Positions 45,701-55,427 of a stretch of 64,000 bases of DNA are shown here, piece by piece. A model generated the notes under the pieces. The model saw only the letters and a program-made list of their open reading frames with translations, made no database searches and was not told where the DNA came from. Made by a program: the position numbers and the translations under genes. Source of the DNA: Candidatus Cloacimonadales bacterium (GTDB lineage Bacteria > Cloacimonadota > Cloacimonadia > Cloacimonadales > JAFGVF01); contig CAXXOU010000002.1 of the NCBI GenBank assembly GCA_963677495.2, positions 230,523 to 294,522 of the forward strand, written 5' to 3'. Position 1 is the stretch's first letter. The number at the start of each line of letters is the position of its first letter.

Positions 45701-47617
45701 ATTGCTGCATTTTGGGATAACCTGGAGATTCATACGGATGGTGGAGTTTACTACTATTATGATTCTACAAACAACTACTTTGTTATTGAGTGGTATAACG
45801 TATGTAATAGTGCTGATCCACAGGCTCGAGAGACTTTTGAGATTATCCTGTATGACCCTGAATACTACCCAACATCAACAGGAGATGGGTTAGTGAAGAT
45901 TCAATACCAGGAGTTTAATGATATCGATAGTGGTAGTAATAGTGAATTGGTTCACGGGCATTACAGCACAGTGGGGATTGGTGACCATACCGGTTTAGAT
46001 GGTATGACATACCTATTCGATAATAACTATCAAACTACAGCAAATCCTATTACTGATGGTACTGCTCTATTGATTACATCTGAACCTTTCTATGAACCAT
46101 TTATCAGATTCGAGGAACATCAGATTATTGAAAGTAACAGTAACGGTTTCTTAGAGCCTGATGAAACTATTTATATGAGCTTAACAATGAGCAATGTAGG
46201 TACTCGGAGTGGTGAGAATATTCAAGTAACTATCAATGCTAATTCTCCATATCTAAACTTTATTAATAATACAATAGATGGGATAAGCATTGATCCGAAT
46301 GATACTTTTACAACTCAGGAGTATTTCCTTCTTCAGATTGAACCATCCATTCCGGGGTCAATGTGGATACCGATCTATATATTGATGACGGATGGTACTC
46401 ATGAGTGGTATGGGGAGACACAAATCTTTGCTTCATCAGCCGGTCTTAATCATTTTGCTTATCGTATTTGTGACTTCCAAAGTGGCAATGGTAATGGTTT
46501 ACCTGATGCCGGTGAAACTCTCTATCTAATTCATGAACTTCACAGTTATGGGCTTACAGATATTGAAGGTATATCTGTTGGGATTACATCTGACAACAAT
46601 AGTGTTATGTTTGGTGAGACAGTTAATAATATTGCAAAATTCCCTGCTCAATCTAGTATGCAAACATGGTATGAAGTAACTCTGCCAAGCAACCTCAATA
46701 TTGGTGATGAAGTCCAGATTATGACTAATTATAGCAAAGAAGGTTGGTTTGATGAGACTTTTAATGCTACTCTGGAGATTGGAATTCATTCTTATCAAAA
46801 CTTTGGTTTAATAGAAGGGATTGTAACAGCTTCTCATCCTTATACAGAACCGGAAATGGGACTTGTTAATATCGATACAAGATACTGTAGTGTGGATGAA
46901 TCTAGTACTTTTAAAGCTTTTGCCGGTATCGGAAACCATGCTTTAGACTTAGCTCTTCCACATTATCAGCCGACAGTGATCGAAGGTCTTGAGCTTAGTA
47001 ACCCTGATAATATGGTACTAAGTGATATTGAATTTACACCAGAGATACTTCCGGTTGCAACTGAAGTTACTGGTATTTATGAATATCCATATCTCTCAAT
47101 AAACTGGCAAGCACCAATAACTACCGTTTACAATGTTGTTGGTTACAATGTTTACAAAGCAATTGGACAAGATGATTTCACTCTTGTCGGGTTCAGTGAA
47201 TACAACCAATACATTGATGGAATTGGCAATACTGGAACATACAACTATCAAATTGAAGTTGTGTATGAAGATGATACTAGCTTCCATTCTGAAACTCTAA
47301 TGATGGATATAACAGGTGCTGAGGATAACAGCAATGCACTCAGAACAGAGTTGTTAGGAAATTATCCAAATCCTTTTAACCCTACTACAACAATTGCTTA
47401 CAGTATTGCCAAACAAATGCATGTTGCAATTGATATCTACAATATAAAAGGGCAGCTGGTCAAATCATTAGTAAATCAGATTGTACAACCGGGGAATCAT
47501 ACAATTGAGTGGGATGGATTCAATTCAAAAGGTAAAGAGTGTGCATCCGGATTATACTTCTATAAGTTAAAAGCAGATAGTAAAACTACTATAAAGAAGG
47601 CGTTACTAATCAAGTAA
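42755..47617 (+). CDS. Giant gingipain-like (peptidase C25 family) T9SS cargo protein, paralogue 1; both catalytic residues substituted
   Basis: 1620 aa with a signal peptide. C25 propeptide and catalytic-domain architecture, but FRGGNYNW (His to Gly, codon 44015-44017) and MISSNSGNF (Cys to Ser, codon 44087-44089). C-terminal NYPNPFNPTTTIAY...IYNIKGQLV...SGLYFYKL. Confidence 0.8.
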   Translation: MRCKLLFLYLLFIVCVTPLISINNITRDPNRAFEITESNPTGIIVKFTLPEFQVEGSIVDGNEKVRILSESDNRVSLASGIDVPYYSTTLAIPNTGKVSLEVLEERTETIKLTSFGSKHLDRNSEELPVITEELETVNLSTPAIMRDLRVVTLSVSPFNYDKQTKNLSTVNEVTYKISILPERGENELELGNKKLSASFLPLYQNVVDNFNEVVGRHEIDYEKRLLILYADSDNQQYLDKLDELIQWKRQKGFIVSGIEVAGLGLSEIKTIIQNHYNNENTRPDYVMLIGNPMGAYDITCYNYNSGASDYEYSCLDGNDSLGDVIIGRVPMDSVVGFLTMTEKIFAVERNLDRSNAVWLNHIILDALTQYCGKSVLYVNYYVKLIAGLANNEYSFSEIYDNQLPPEEIFNQGSMLYHFRGGNYNWIENATFSNANKLPHCIMISSNSGNFNTMCPTKTVVNYGTPDSLGGALTAIGLSSSPSHTIYRNIYSANVAEGVFVNGLRDMGSALLYSKWQSTQLLPTYTPDYISLNHQCNLLGDPTAEVFIGIPSELQLSCRESITINENQYAVLVTDANGVGVEDVCVTLVNDSLQEIAFTDITGRAMVDVPVGSAIADSLIVTASKQDFVPTVQYLQIQAEGQVSITQAIFFDDSGNNDNVPDAGEVLELSVELQNNTDIMLNQLNLSLTTQDPYITIINNQATIPCIPESGTASINTPFTLSTDPNTPDGHTAELLVHCNDSVYPVILTVHNAMVCVSECILINSDQYLSPEQEVSLSLTILNSGSSRAEDIYVCLSSESNLVSFSDSEAFIGDILPQQAVTNLTDTLMIVTSENYLTESARTIYATFSNNSGFLQTCHFTLEGEPENANTPTGPDAFGHYIYHNNDSEHFDTPIYEWIEIAVPEGGNGSQFYFADHTHDADNTDQLYSITIDEVDLPFNFTFYGQIYDKAYVCSNGFITFNETQFGASRNYEIPGAMSPNPVIAAFWDNLEIHTDGGVYYYYDSTNNYFVIEWYNVCNSADPQARETFEIILYDPEYYPTSTGDGLVKIQYQEFNDIDSGSNSELVHGHYSTVGIGDHTGLDGMTYLFDNNYQTTANPITDGTALLITSEPFYEPFIRFEEHQIIESNSNGFLEPDETIYMSLTMSNVGTRSGENIQVTINANSPYLNFINNTIDGISIDPNDTFTTQEYFLLQIEPSIPGSMWIPIYILMTDGTHEWYGETQIFASSAGLNHFAYRICDFQSGNGNGLPDAGETLYLIHELHSYGLTDIEGISVGITSDNNSVMFGETVNNIAKFPAQSSMQTWYEVTLPSNLNIGDEVQIMTNYSKEGWFDETFNATLEIGIHSYQNFGLIEGIVTASHPYTEPEMGLVNIDTRYCSVDESSTFKAFAGIGNHALDLALPHYQPTVIEGLELSNPDNMVLSDIEFTPEILPVATEVTGIYEYPYLSINWQAPITTVYNVVGYNVYKAIGQDDFTLVGFSEYNQYIDGIGNTGTYNYQIEVVYEDDTSFHSETLMMDITGAEDNSNALRTELLGNYPNPFNPTTTIAYSIAKQMHVAIDIYNIKGQLVKSLVNQIVQPGNHTIEWDGFNSKGKECASGLYFYKLKADSKTTIKKALLIK

Positions 47618-47640
47618 ACTTTCACTTCTACTACCTAAGA

Positions 47641-47664
47641 AAGCCCCACCGTCTTGTGGGGCTT
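47641..47664 (+). terminator. Stem-loop after paralogue 1 (weak U tract)
   Basis: AAGCCCCAC-CGTCTT-GTGGGGCTT, 24 nt after the stop. Confidence 0.55.
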
Positions 47665-47922
47665 ATTATACCATTTTTCATCGCTCAGAGTAGTAAACCC
47701 TTTTTATGGAGTTTGTCACACCCAACGGGCGAACGGACTTCCTAAAAAGACCTAACCCTTGCAGTTACAAGAGCAACATAGCCCGGCTAAAGATACATAA
47801 TCCAGGACCTACCCGTCACCCTCCAAAGAATAAAGGAAGTCCGTTATCACTTAACTACCGTTAAACTTCGGTAAACTCCCTTAATCTTTTCAATATCTGC
47901 TTATAAACATCTGATCTATTGC

Positions 47923-48078
47923 TTCTCTTTATCTAATCCCTACAAGAACCTCTTTGCACCGTTAAATAAGTTATGCACACGATGTGGATAACTTTAGGGG
48001 TTCATAGGGAGGGTCTAGGGAGGCTAAAGGGTGGGACAAGCGAGATTCTAGGTTTTTGATGAGATTAGATAAAGAGAA
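47923..48078. repeat. Phased-word hairpin element, copy 6
   Basis: Perfect 16-bp arms TTCTCTTTATCTAATC (47923-47938) and GATTAGATAAAGAGAA (48063-48078). TAGGG at 47995, 48005 and 48016, and AAGGG at 48027. Confidence 0.8.
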
Positions 48079-48357
48079 CCAGTTAACAAAGAATGTTAAA
48101 TGTTAAATGGTAAACGAATGCAAAATGAATGATGAAAAATGTGAAGTAAGAAACGTATGACAAGCTTCTTAACAATTGGGATTATTTACTGGAAGGAGAT
48201 TTTACATTATTCTTGAGAAGCGATATATGAGATAGAATATTGCTCAAATACTCAACGAAACTTGGTATATAAACATATTTTAGGGTAAAAAAGACTATTG
48301 GAATAATTATTACATTTTGTGAAAAGTGGTTAGTCGAATTGGGAAAGTGAATTTTTA

Positions 48358-51300
48358 ATGAAAACACAAAAGATGAGAGGTTTTAAGATGTGTAAAAAGG
48401 TCACGACTTTAGTTCCCATATTTATGATGGTTCTTGTAGCATCGTTATTTGGTAGTAATGATTTTCTTGAGAACAAAAAGGGTTCATTTCAAGTTATGGA
48501 ATCAAATGATTCCGGATTAATTGTTAAATTTAGTTTACCTGAGTATGAACTCAGAACAGAAACAGTTTCAGGTAAACAAGTTAAAGTTATTGCATGTGAA
48601 TCTGAAGGTAAAGCATCTCTATCAGGAATAGATGAAGTTCCTTTATTCACATCAATGTTAGCAGTTCCCAATACAGGTAGCTTTGAGTTGGAAGTTATCG
48701 AGAAAAGTACTTCTACTATAAAGGGTGACTTCAAAATATCAAGAACAGCTCTTGAGAGTTTTGATGATAAAGATCCACTTGAAGATACAAGACTTACCTT
48801 AGGTAAACTCTCACAGCCGGTTATAATGAGAGATTTAAGGACTGTATCATTAACTCTCTCTCCTTTCCAATACAATGAGTCAAAGAATGAACTGGAAGTG
48901 GTTTCAGAAGTAACATATAGATTGAAGCGATCAGACAATCCTGGTGTCAATGAATTGAATTGTGCTGATAATACAATCTCAGCTTCATTTCTTCCATTGT
49001 ATCGATCTATTATTGATAACTTTGATTTAATTTCAGATAGGTATACTGTTAACTACGATAAAAAACTCTTAATTATTCATGGTCATTCTACAGACCAGCA
49101 GTACATTAATAAGTTGAACGAATTTATCAGATGGAAACGACAGAAAGGATTCAAGGTAACATCTGCTTCAACACAGACTATCGGTTCATCAAACACAGCT
49201 GTAAAAGCTTATATTCAGAATAAGTATAATAATGTCTATACTCGACCTGATTACGTACTTCTAATTGGTGATACCTCAGGTGCATTATCTATTAGTTGCT
49301 GGAATGGAAGTGGCGATACTGATTATCCATACTCCTATTTAGGTGGTAATGATACACTTGGTGATGTTTTTATTGGACGTATGCCTGCAGAAACAGTGTC
49401 TCATTTTCTTACTATGGCAGAGAAAGTTTTTATCTATGAAAGAGATATAGTCCCTATGCCTGATGCTTGGTATAATCAAATGCTTCTTGTAGGCGATACT
49501 CAACCTTCAGGTCAGTCATGTCAGTATGTGAATTACTATGCAAGAGATATATCTGAAAGAGTAAATCCTAATTATAATTACACTGAGCTTTATGGTCCTC
49601 AACCCTCCTCGTCTTCCATTACAAGTGCTATAAATCAAGGTGTAGCCATCTATAATTATCGAGGTCACATCGGTATGAGTGGATGGGATATGCCTAATGA
49701 AGGTAGTTTTAATAATGCCAATAAACTTCCTCATTGTATCTTGAATACATGTTCAACAGGTAATTTTAGCGGAACTGATGTAACAGATAGCTTTGTTAGA
49801 TTCGGATCTCCTGCTCTTCCTAAAGGTGGACTAACAGCTATAGGTATGGCTACGTCTTCCACTCATACACTTTTAAATAATGTACTAACTACAGGCACAC
49901 TAGAGGGAATATTTGTTCATGGGATGAGAGATATGAGTGCTCCTCTTCTTCATTCAAAGTGGTTATTACATGAAGTTTACCACGATTTGCTCCCGAGTCA
50001 TTCTATCTCCTTCCCTGAATGGTGCAACCTTATGGGAGATCCTACAGTAGAAGTCTTTGTTGGTACACCGGAAGCTATGCAGGTTTCGTGTAGGGAGAGT
50101 GTAAGAGTAGGGGATAGCATCTATTCAGTTATGGTTAGTGATTCTAATGCTACCAATCTAAAAGATGTGTGTGTGACCTTTATGTATAATAATGTTCAGA
50201 CAATTGCTTATACAAATGAGTTTGGCTATGCAACACTACCATTACCGAATGATATGGTAGAGGGTGAAACTATCACACTAACTGTATCTAACCATGACAG
50301 TATACCATTTATACATGAAATTGATGTTTTTTCTGCTGCTGATGTAGAGATAGATTCATATACATTTAGTGATGAAAATAACGGGAATAGTGATTCAATA
50401 TTCAATGCAGGTGAAGAGTTGCAGTTAACCATTTCTTTAAGAAATAATAGTCAATCAGATATATCTAATGCACCTGTGACTTTAGAATCAGTAGATCCAT
50501 ATATTTCTATTATAAATGGTGAAGCCGAAATTCAGAGTTTACCTGTTGAGGGAATAGGTGAGATAGCTGAACCTATCATTTTATCACTTGATCCACAATC
50601 ACCCGATGGGCATGTTGCTGAGTTAGTTTTATCTTATGATGATATTGATATGCCTATTGAGCTAACTATTGTGAATGGGGATGTTTGTATAAACAGTTAT
50701 CAATTGTATAACGAAAGTGGTGTTTTGGATGCAGGTGATTTAGTTAATCTATCATTGAGTGTTGAAAATATTGGTAGTTATCCATTGAGTAGATTGAGTG
50801 TTGAGTTATCCTCAGAATCTGAGCTTGTATATTTTCCTGATAGGGAAGCATTTTTTGGTAACACTAATCCGGGACAAGTTGTAACAAACATCACAGATGG
50901 GCTATCAATTGGTACTAGAGAGCAGTTCCTCACTGAAACTGATATACCGCTTGTTGCTACATTTACCGGAGATAATGGCTTCAATCAAGAGGTTGAGTTC
51001 ACGATTCAAGCAGCAACACCATCTTTAGGCAATCCTTCGGGTCCGGATGCCTTTGGTCATTACATCTACCATAGTAATGATACTGAATGGCCGGATGCAC
51101 CTGTTTATGATTGGGTGGAGATTGCACCTCAACAAGGTGGTTCAGGTACATTGGTATACTTAACTGATTCTACACATGATAGTGATAACAGTGATTTAGT
51201 TAACATCATCGCATTTGATAATGCCCAACTTCCATTTGACTTTACATTCTATGGTGTTGATTATGATGAAGTATATATCTGCTCAAACGGGTTTATCAGT

Positions 51301-53301
51301 TTCTTACCTACTGAAGTTAGCACTGCAAGGAACCTTCCGATACCCGGGCCAATGACACCTGATCCAATAATTGCCCCGTTCTGGGATAACTTAGAGGTAC
51401 ATTCAGATGGTGGAGTCTATTACTATCATGATACAGTAAATAGTACATTTATCATTGAATGGTATAATGTGAAGAACAGTTATAATACATCCTATTCAGA
51501 GACTTTCCAAATCATTCTTTACGATCCAGATCTATATCCAACCTCAACCGGAGATGGATTAGTGAAGATTCAGTATCAAGAATTCAATGATATAGACGCC
51601 GGTAATCCGGCTAGTTATACACCCGGGCACGGGCAATATTGTACTGTAGGAATTGGTGATCACACCGGAACAGATGGAATGAGTTATCTTTTTGACTTAG
51701 ATTACCTTCCAACTGCGCAACAAATTACCGATAATACCGCATTAATCATAACCGGTGAACCTTATGTCATGCTCACTCCTGATTTAGATATTGAAGATTT
51801 CCACTTTACGGAGACTAATGGCAACGGGTTCATCGAACCGGGTGAAACTGTTCAGTTTGGTGTGACAGTCACAAACAGCGGAACTGCAGATGCAACTAGT
51901 ATTCTTGGTACTGCCATAACTGAGAGTCCTTATGCTACTATCATAGAAGGAGCAATTCCTAGCATTACAATCAACATGGATGAGTCTATTACAACAACTA
52001 CCGGTTTCGAAATGCTGATTAGTGAAACAACACCTCTTGAAGAACATATTGTAGTAACAGTTAATCTGACAGATGGTATAGATACTTGGTCCGAAGATGT
52101 TGAGTTCTTTATCACTGCCCCAATGCTGGAACATTTAGCATTTAGAATCTGTGATTATGAAACCGGAAATGGAGATGGTGAGCCTAATGCAGGTGAAACT
52201 CTATATCTAGTTCACGAAGTTGTAAGTTATAGTACAGTTGATATGCACGATGTTACTGTTGATGTTGATACAGATGATTATAGCGTAACTCTCTTAGAGC
52301 ATGTTGATGAGTTAAAACTGATACCAGCCGGGGGAGTGATGCAGAGCTGGTTTAAATTAACCTTACCTGATAACTTAAATGTTGGAGATGAGACAACTAT
52401 TACGGTAACTTATGAGAAGGAAGATTGGTTCAATAACAGCTTCGATGCAACGCTAGAAACAGACATGCACACATATCAAAGTTATGGGATGATAACAGGT
52501 ACTGTTCATACTGAGCATGAAGATGCAATTCCCGGAGATGGATTAGTAAAGCTTTCTAATAGACATACAACCTTAGGTGATGGTTCAGTTTATAGAATGT
52601 TTAAGGGATTTGGTAATCATACAATAGAAGCTCATATGAACCATTATCTTCCTGCCTACATAGATGATGTGGAGCTGAATCTTTATGATGAAATGGTTGC
52701 TAGTGGGATTGATTTAAGTCCTCAACCACTTCCTTTGGCTTCTGAACTTGAAGGAAGCTACAATAATCCTGAGTTTACTTTAACATGGGTGGAACCAACT
52801 CATAGTGAGTATGATATTATAGAAAACAATGTCTATAAAGCTATTGGTGAGGGTGATTATAACCTTGTAGAGATTACTGATACAAATCAGTATGTAGAAA
52901 CTATTAACACTGATGGTGTTTACCACTATCGTGTAGAAGTTGTGTATAACTATAGTACAAGTTTCCTTTCTGATGTCTTTACTCATAATTTAACCGGTAG
53001 TGATGATAATAATCAAACTCAACTTGTTACAAAACTATATGGTAACTACCCTAATCCATTCAATCCAACAACCGATATTTCCTTCTGTATTGCCAAAAAA
53101 GGGCATGTTAAAATTGATATCTATAACGTGAAAGGACAGCATATTCATTCATTAGTTGATGATGTGAAAACTGCCGGAAACCATGTAGTTAAATGGGAAG
53201 GAACAGACAAGCACGGAAAGCCATGTGGCTCCGGCTTGTATATGTATAAATTTGAGACAATCAATTCGATCTCAATTGGAAAGGCTATGCTTTTGAAGTA
53301 A
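48358..53301 (+). CDS. Giant gingipain-like (peptidase C25 family) T9SS cargo protein, paralogue 2; His/Cys dyad intact
   Basis: 1647 aa. NYRGHIGMSGW (His codon 49666-49668) and LNTCSTGNF (Cys codon 49750-49752) align with the RgpB NYTGHGSETAW / DVACVNGDF motifs. C-terminal NYPNPFNPTTDISF...IYNVKGQHI...SGLYMYKF. The true start may be the ATG at 48388 (GAGAGG RBS). Confidence 0.85.
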   Translation: MKTQKMRGFKMCKKVTTLVPIFMMVLVASLFGSNDFLENKKGSFQVMESNDSGLIVKFSLPEYELRTETVSGKQVKVIACESEGKASLSGIDEVPLFTSMLAVPNTGSFELEVIEKSTSTIKGDFKISRTALESFDDKDPLEDTRLTLGKLSQPVIMRDLRTVSLTLSPFQYNESKNELEVVSEVTYRLKRSDNPGVNELNCADNTISASFLPLYRSIIDNFDLISDRYTVNYDKKLLIIHGHSTDQQYINKLNEFIRWKRQKGFKVTSASTQTIGSSNTAVKAYIQNKYNNVYTRPDYVLLIGDTSGALSISCWNGSGDTDYPYSYLGGNDTLGDVFIGRMPAETVSHFLTMAEKVFIYERDIVPMPDAWYNQMLLVGDTQPSGQSCQYVNYYARDISERVNPNYNYTELYGPQPSSSSITSAINQGVAIYNYRGHIGMSGWDMPNEGSFNNANKLPHCILNTCSTGNFSGTDVTDSFVRFGSPALPKGGLTAIGMATSSTHTLLNNVLTTGTLEGIFVHGMRDMSAPLLHSKWLLHEVYHDLLPSHSISFPEWCNLMGDPTVEVFVGTPEAMQVSCRESVRVGDSIYSVMVSDSNATNLKDVCVTFMYNNVQTIAYTNEFGYATLPLPNDMVEGETITLTVSNHDSIPFIHEIDVFSAADVEIDSYTFSDENNGNSDSIFNAGEELQLTISLRNNSQSDISNAPVTLESVDPYISIINGEAEIQSLPVEGIGEIAEPIILSLDPQSPDGHVAELVLSYDDIDMPIELTIVNGDVCINSYQLYNESGVLDAGDLVNLSLSVENIGSYPLSRLSVELSSESELVYFPDREAFFGNTNPGQVVTNITDGLSIGTREQFLTETDIPLVATFTGDNGFNQEVEFTIQAATPSLGNPSGPDAFGHYIYHSNDTEWPDAPVYDWVEIAPQQGGSGTLVYLTDSTHDSDNSDLVNIIAFDNAQLPFDFTFYGVDYDEVYICSNGFISFLPTEVSTARNLPIPGPMTPDPIIAPFWDNLEVHSDGGVYYYHDTVNSTFIIEWYNVKNSYNTSYSETFQIILYDPDLYPTSTGDGLVKIQYQEFNDIDAGNPASYTPGHGQYCTVGIGDHTGTDGMSYLFDLDYLPTAQQITDNTALIITGEPYVMLTPDLDIEDFHFTETNGNGFIEPGETVQFGVTVTNSGTADATSILGTAITESPYATIIEGAIPSITINMDESITTTTGFEMLISETTPLEEHIVVTVNLTDGIDTWSEDVEFFITAPMLEHLAFRICDYETGNGDGEPNAGETLYLVHEVVSYSTVDMHDVTVDVDTDDYSVTLLEHVDELKLIPAGGVMQSWFKLTLPDNLNVGDETTITVTYEKEDWFNNSFDATLETDMHTYQSYGMITGTVHTEHEDAIPGDGLVKLSNRHTTLGDGSVYRMFKGFGNHTIEAHMNHYLPAYIDDVELNLYDEMVASGIDLSPQPLPLASELEGSYNNPEFTLTWVEPTHSEYDIIENNVYKAIGEGDYNLVEITDTNQYVETINTDGVYHYRVEVVYNYSTSFLSDVFTHNLTGSDDNNQTQLVTKLYGNYPNPFNPTTDISFCIAKKGHVKIDIYNVKGQHIHSLVDDVKTAGNHVVKWEGTDKHGKPCGSGLYMYKFETINSISIGKAMLLK

Positions 53302-53322
53302 CCTTTCTTGAGGCTAACCACC

Positions 53323-53348
53323 AAGCCCCGTCAATCCCGACGGGGCTT
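53323..53348 (+). terminator. Intrinsic terminator after paralogue 2
   Basis: AAGCCCCGTC-AATCCC-GACGGGGCTT followed by ACTTTGTTTT. Confidence 0.7.
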
Positions 53349-53361
53349 ACTTTGTTTTATA

Positions 53362-53575
53362 GAAGCAGTCACCATTACGACCAACGGGAGGAGCTCGTAA
53401 GCCGATAGGCGCACAACTTCCGGGTCGCTCAGATGGCTTTAGGAGATTAGTATTAGTAGTATTGACTTATCTTTAGTATAATCTTTGCGGATAAGCTCTT
53501 CTTTAGTTGGGAGACTAAAGTTATCGGAGAGTTCTTTGGACTTCATTCACAAAACTCTCTTCGTTCAGAACAAGT
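53362..53575 (+). repeat. Mosaic repeat block (CAGTCACCATTACGACC family plus a block of about 150 nt shared with 56445-56600)
   Basis: 53366-53440 aligns with 13121-13205. 53421-53575 aligns with 56445-56600 (CGGGTCGCTCAG.TGGCTTTAG...TAGTAGTATTGAC.TATCT...ACTAAAG.TATC.GAGAG.TCTT..GACTTCATTC). Confidence 0.75.
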
Positions 53576-53635
53576 TGGGCTCTCGAAATTGCTAAGGTAA
53601 ATTCCATTAACATGTTCCCAATCTCGTAAACTCTC

Positions 53636-53666
53636 TAAAAAAGGGTCATGCTTTCGCATAACCCTT
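53636..53666 (-). terminator. Intrinsic terminator of coaD
   Basis: On the minus strand, AAGGGTTATGC-GAAA-GCATGACCCTT (one mismatch) is followed by a T-rich run ending in T6, about 18 nt after the coaD stop. Confidence 0.7.
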
Positions 53667-53683
53667 AAATTATATTTGAATTC

Positions 53684-54163
53684 TTATTTCCTAAATTTCG
53701 CTTCCATTGCTATCCTAACCGGCTCAGGAACCATGTCCATAAGATTCCCTCCCGCTTCGGCTACTTGCCTGATAATTGTTGAGGACAAGTAGAGATAGCG
53801 ATAGCTTGGAATTAGGAAAAATGTCTCGATACATTTCTCTAATCTCTTATTCGTTAGTGCTACTGAGAGCTCAAACTCAAAATCAGATAATGCTCTTAGT
53901 CCACGAATCATAACTTCGCAATCCTGTGACTTAGCAAACTCAACAGCTAATCCACCGAATGGCATTACTTTAACATTTGGTAGATGTTCAAGTGATTTCC
54001 TGCAAAGCTCAGTGCGTTCTTCGAGTGTAAACAAAGTATTTTTACCTGTAACTCCGGCGACAGCTAAGATAATCTCATCAAAATGAGCAGAAGCCTTCTC
54101 AATTATATTGATGTGACCGCTTGAAATTGGGTCGAAGGTTCCGGGATAGCATGCTCTTCTCAT
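53684..54163 (-). CDS. coaD: Phosphopantetheine adenylyltransferase
   Basis: 159 aa. N-terminal YPGTFDPISSGHINII (T/HxGH nucleotidyltransferase motif) and ISSTIIR near the C-terminus. Confidence 0.9.
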   Translation of the reverse strand: MRRACYPGTFDPISSGHINIIEKASAHFDEIILAVAGVTGKNTLFTLEERTELCRKSLEHLPNVKVMPFGGLAVEFAKSQDCEVMIRGLRALSDFEFELSVALTNKRLEKCIETFFLIPSYRYLYLSSTIIRQVAEAGGNLMDMVPEPVRIAMEAKFRK

Positions 54164-54167
54164 AAGA

Positions 54168-55400
54168 CTAACTCAAAGCTGCTGTGCGAATCTTCTCAAG
54201 CTCTTCCACTTCTTTCGGGATATTGATTGAGAGGTTCTTATAACCGTCTTCAGTTACAAGTATATCATCTTCGATTCTAACACCAATAGCTTCTTCCGGT
54301 ATATAGAGTCCCGGTTCAACTGTAATTACATTACCAACTTCGAGAACTGAATCTCTGGCTCCAACATCATGTGTGTCAAGTCCAAGGTGGTGACCTATGC
54401 TATGCATGTAGTACTTTCTGAAATCCTTTGCATCATCAATGAGTTTAAGCTCAAGCATTGCATTTGCTAAACCTTCAGTAGCAGTTGCATTAAGTTCTGT
54501 CATTGAAACACCGGGTTTAATCATCGCAATAACTTCTTTCTGAACTTTGAGCACGGCATTATAAATATCCTTCTGGCGAGGAGTAAACTTACCACTTATT
54601 GGGAAAGTTCTGGTAATATCAGCACTGTATCCATTGCATGCAGCACCAACATCAAGTAGAACTAGTACGTCTTCTTCTACAGGACAGTTATTTTCTTCAT
54701 AATGTAGTGTTGTAGCATTCTTTCCACCAGCAATTATAGGACTGAATCCCCAATGACGAAAACCGTTTGAAAGCATCTCGTTATAAAGCATAGATTCGAG
54801 TGCATACTCATGCATTCCAACTCTGGAATCATCAATAATCTTGCGTATCCCTTGTTCTGTAATATCAATAGCTTTCTGCATCTGTTCGATTTCCCAATCC
54901 TCTTTTACAGAACGGAGTGGGCTGACAATCTTATTTATACCTGCAAACTCTATGTTTGGATAATGCTTTCTGATTTCTTGAATCCACATAGCAGAACGAG
55001 TTAATGGTGTTCCGAGAGGAATCTGGAAGTTCTGCGAGTATACTCTTTTTAAAGCAGGTCCATATCCTGAGATAACTCTTTCAAATTCATCAAGATAATG
55101 TACTGATGTGATACCTGAAAGCTCAGTGGCTTCCTCTTTATACATCTTAGCACCTTCCCAAACAATGCGTTCTGGGATATTACGTTCGATGAAAAGAATA
55201 GTTTGGTTAGTCTTTCCAAAGTTTATTTGTAAAAGAATCGCATTAGGAGTTTCCAGTCCTGTAAAATAGAGGAAATTCTTCTCCTGAATAAAGTTATATA
55301 TTCCTCCAGGTAGTGGATTAGCAAAAATAAGCATTCCTTCACCCGGTTCTAAGTGCTTAAGAGCCTTTTCTCTACGTGCAATGTACATCTCTTTGTTCAT
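54168..55400 (-). CDS. Xaa-Pro aminopeptidase / M24B family metallopeptidase
   Basis: 410 aa. Creatinase-like N-domain plus pita-bread fold with metal ligands in LLDVGAACNGYSADITRTF, HSIGHHLGLDTHD, VEPGLY and RIEDDILV. Confidence 0.85.
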   Translation of the reverse strand: MNKEMYIARREKALKHLEPGEGMLIFANPLPGGIYNFIQEKNFLYFTGLETPNAILLQINFGKTNQTILFIERNIPERIVWEGAKMYKEEATELSGITSVHYLDEFERVISGYGPALKRVYSQNFQIPLGTPLTRSAMWIQEIRKHYPNIEFAGINKIVSPLRSVKEDWEIEQMQKAIDITEQGIRKIIDDSRVGMHEYALESMLYNEMLSNGFRHWGFSPIIAGGKNATTLHYEENNCPVEEDVLVLLDVGAACNGYSADITRTFPISGKFTPRQKDIYNAVLKVQKEVIAMIKPGVSMTELNATATEGLANAMLELKLIDDAKDFRKYYMHSIGHHLGLDTHDVGARDSVLEVGNVITVEPGLYIPEEAIGVRIEDDILVTEDGYKNLSINIPKEVEELEKIRTAALS

Positions 55401-55427
55401 GTTGACTCCCTTTATCGAGATTGAAAA

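Noticed and set aside
48489-48950. Antisense or out-of-frame ORFs of 60-150 aa inside long genes (also 1759-2154, 51784-52134, 60602-60961, 27132-27476 and many others in the track)
   Set aside because: They lie wholly inside well-supported longer CDSs on the other strand or frame. Their translations are low-complexity with no motifs, which is expected by chance in AT-rich DNA.
53462-53482. TTGACT ... TATAAT promoter-like pair
   Set aside because: The spacer is only 9 nt, and the homologous copy at about 56485 lacks the TATAAT. It is probably fortuitous inside a repeat.
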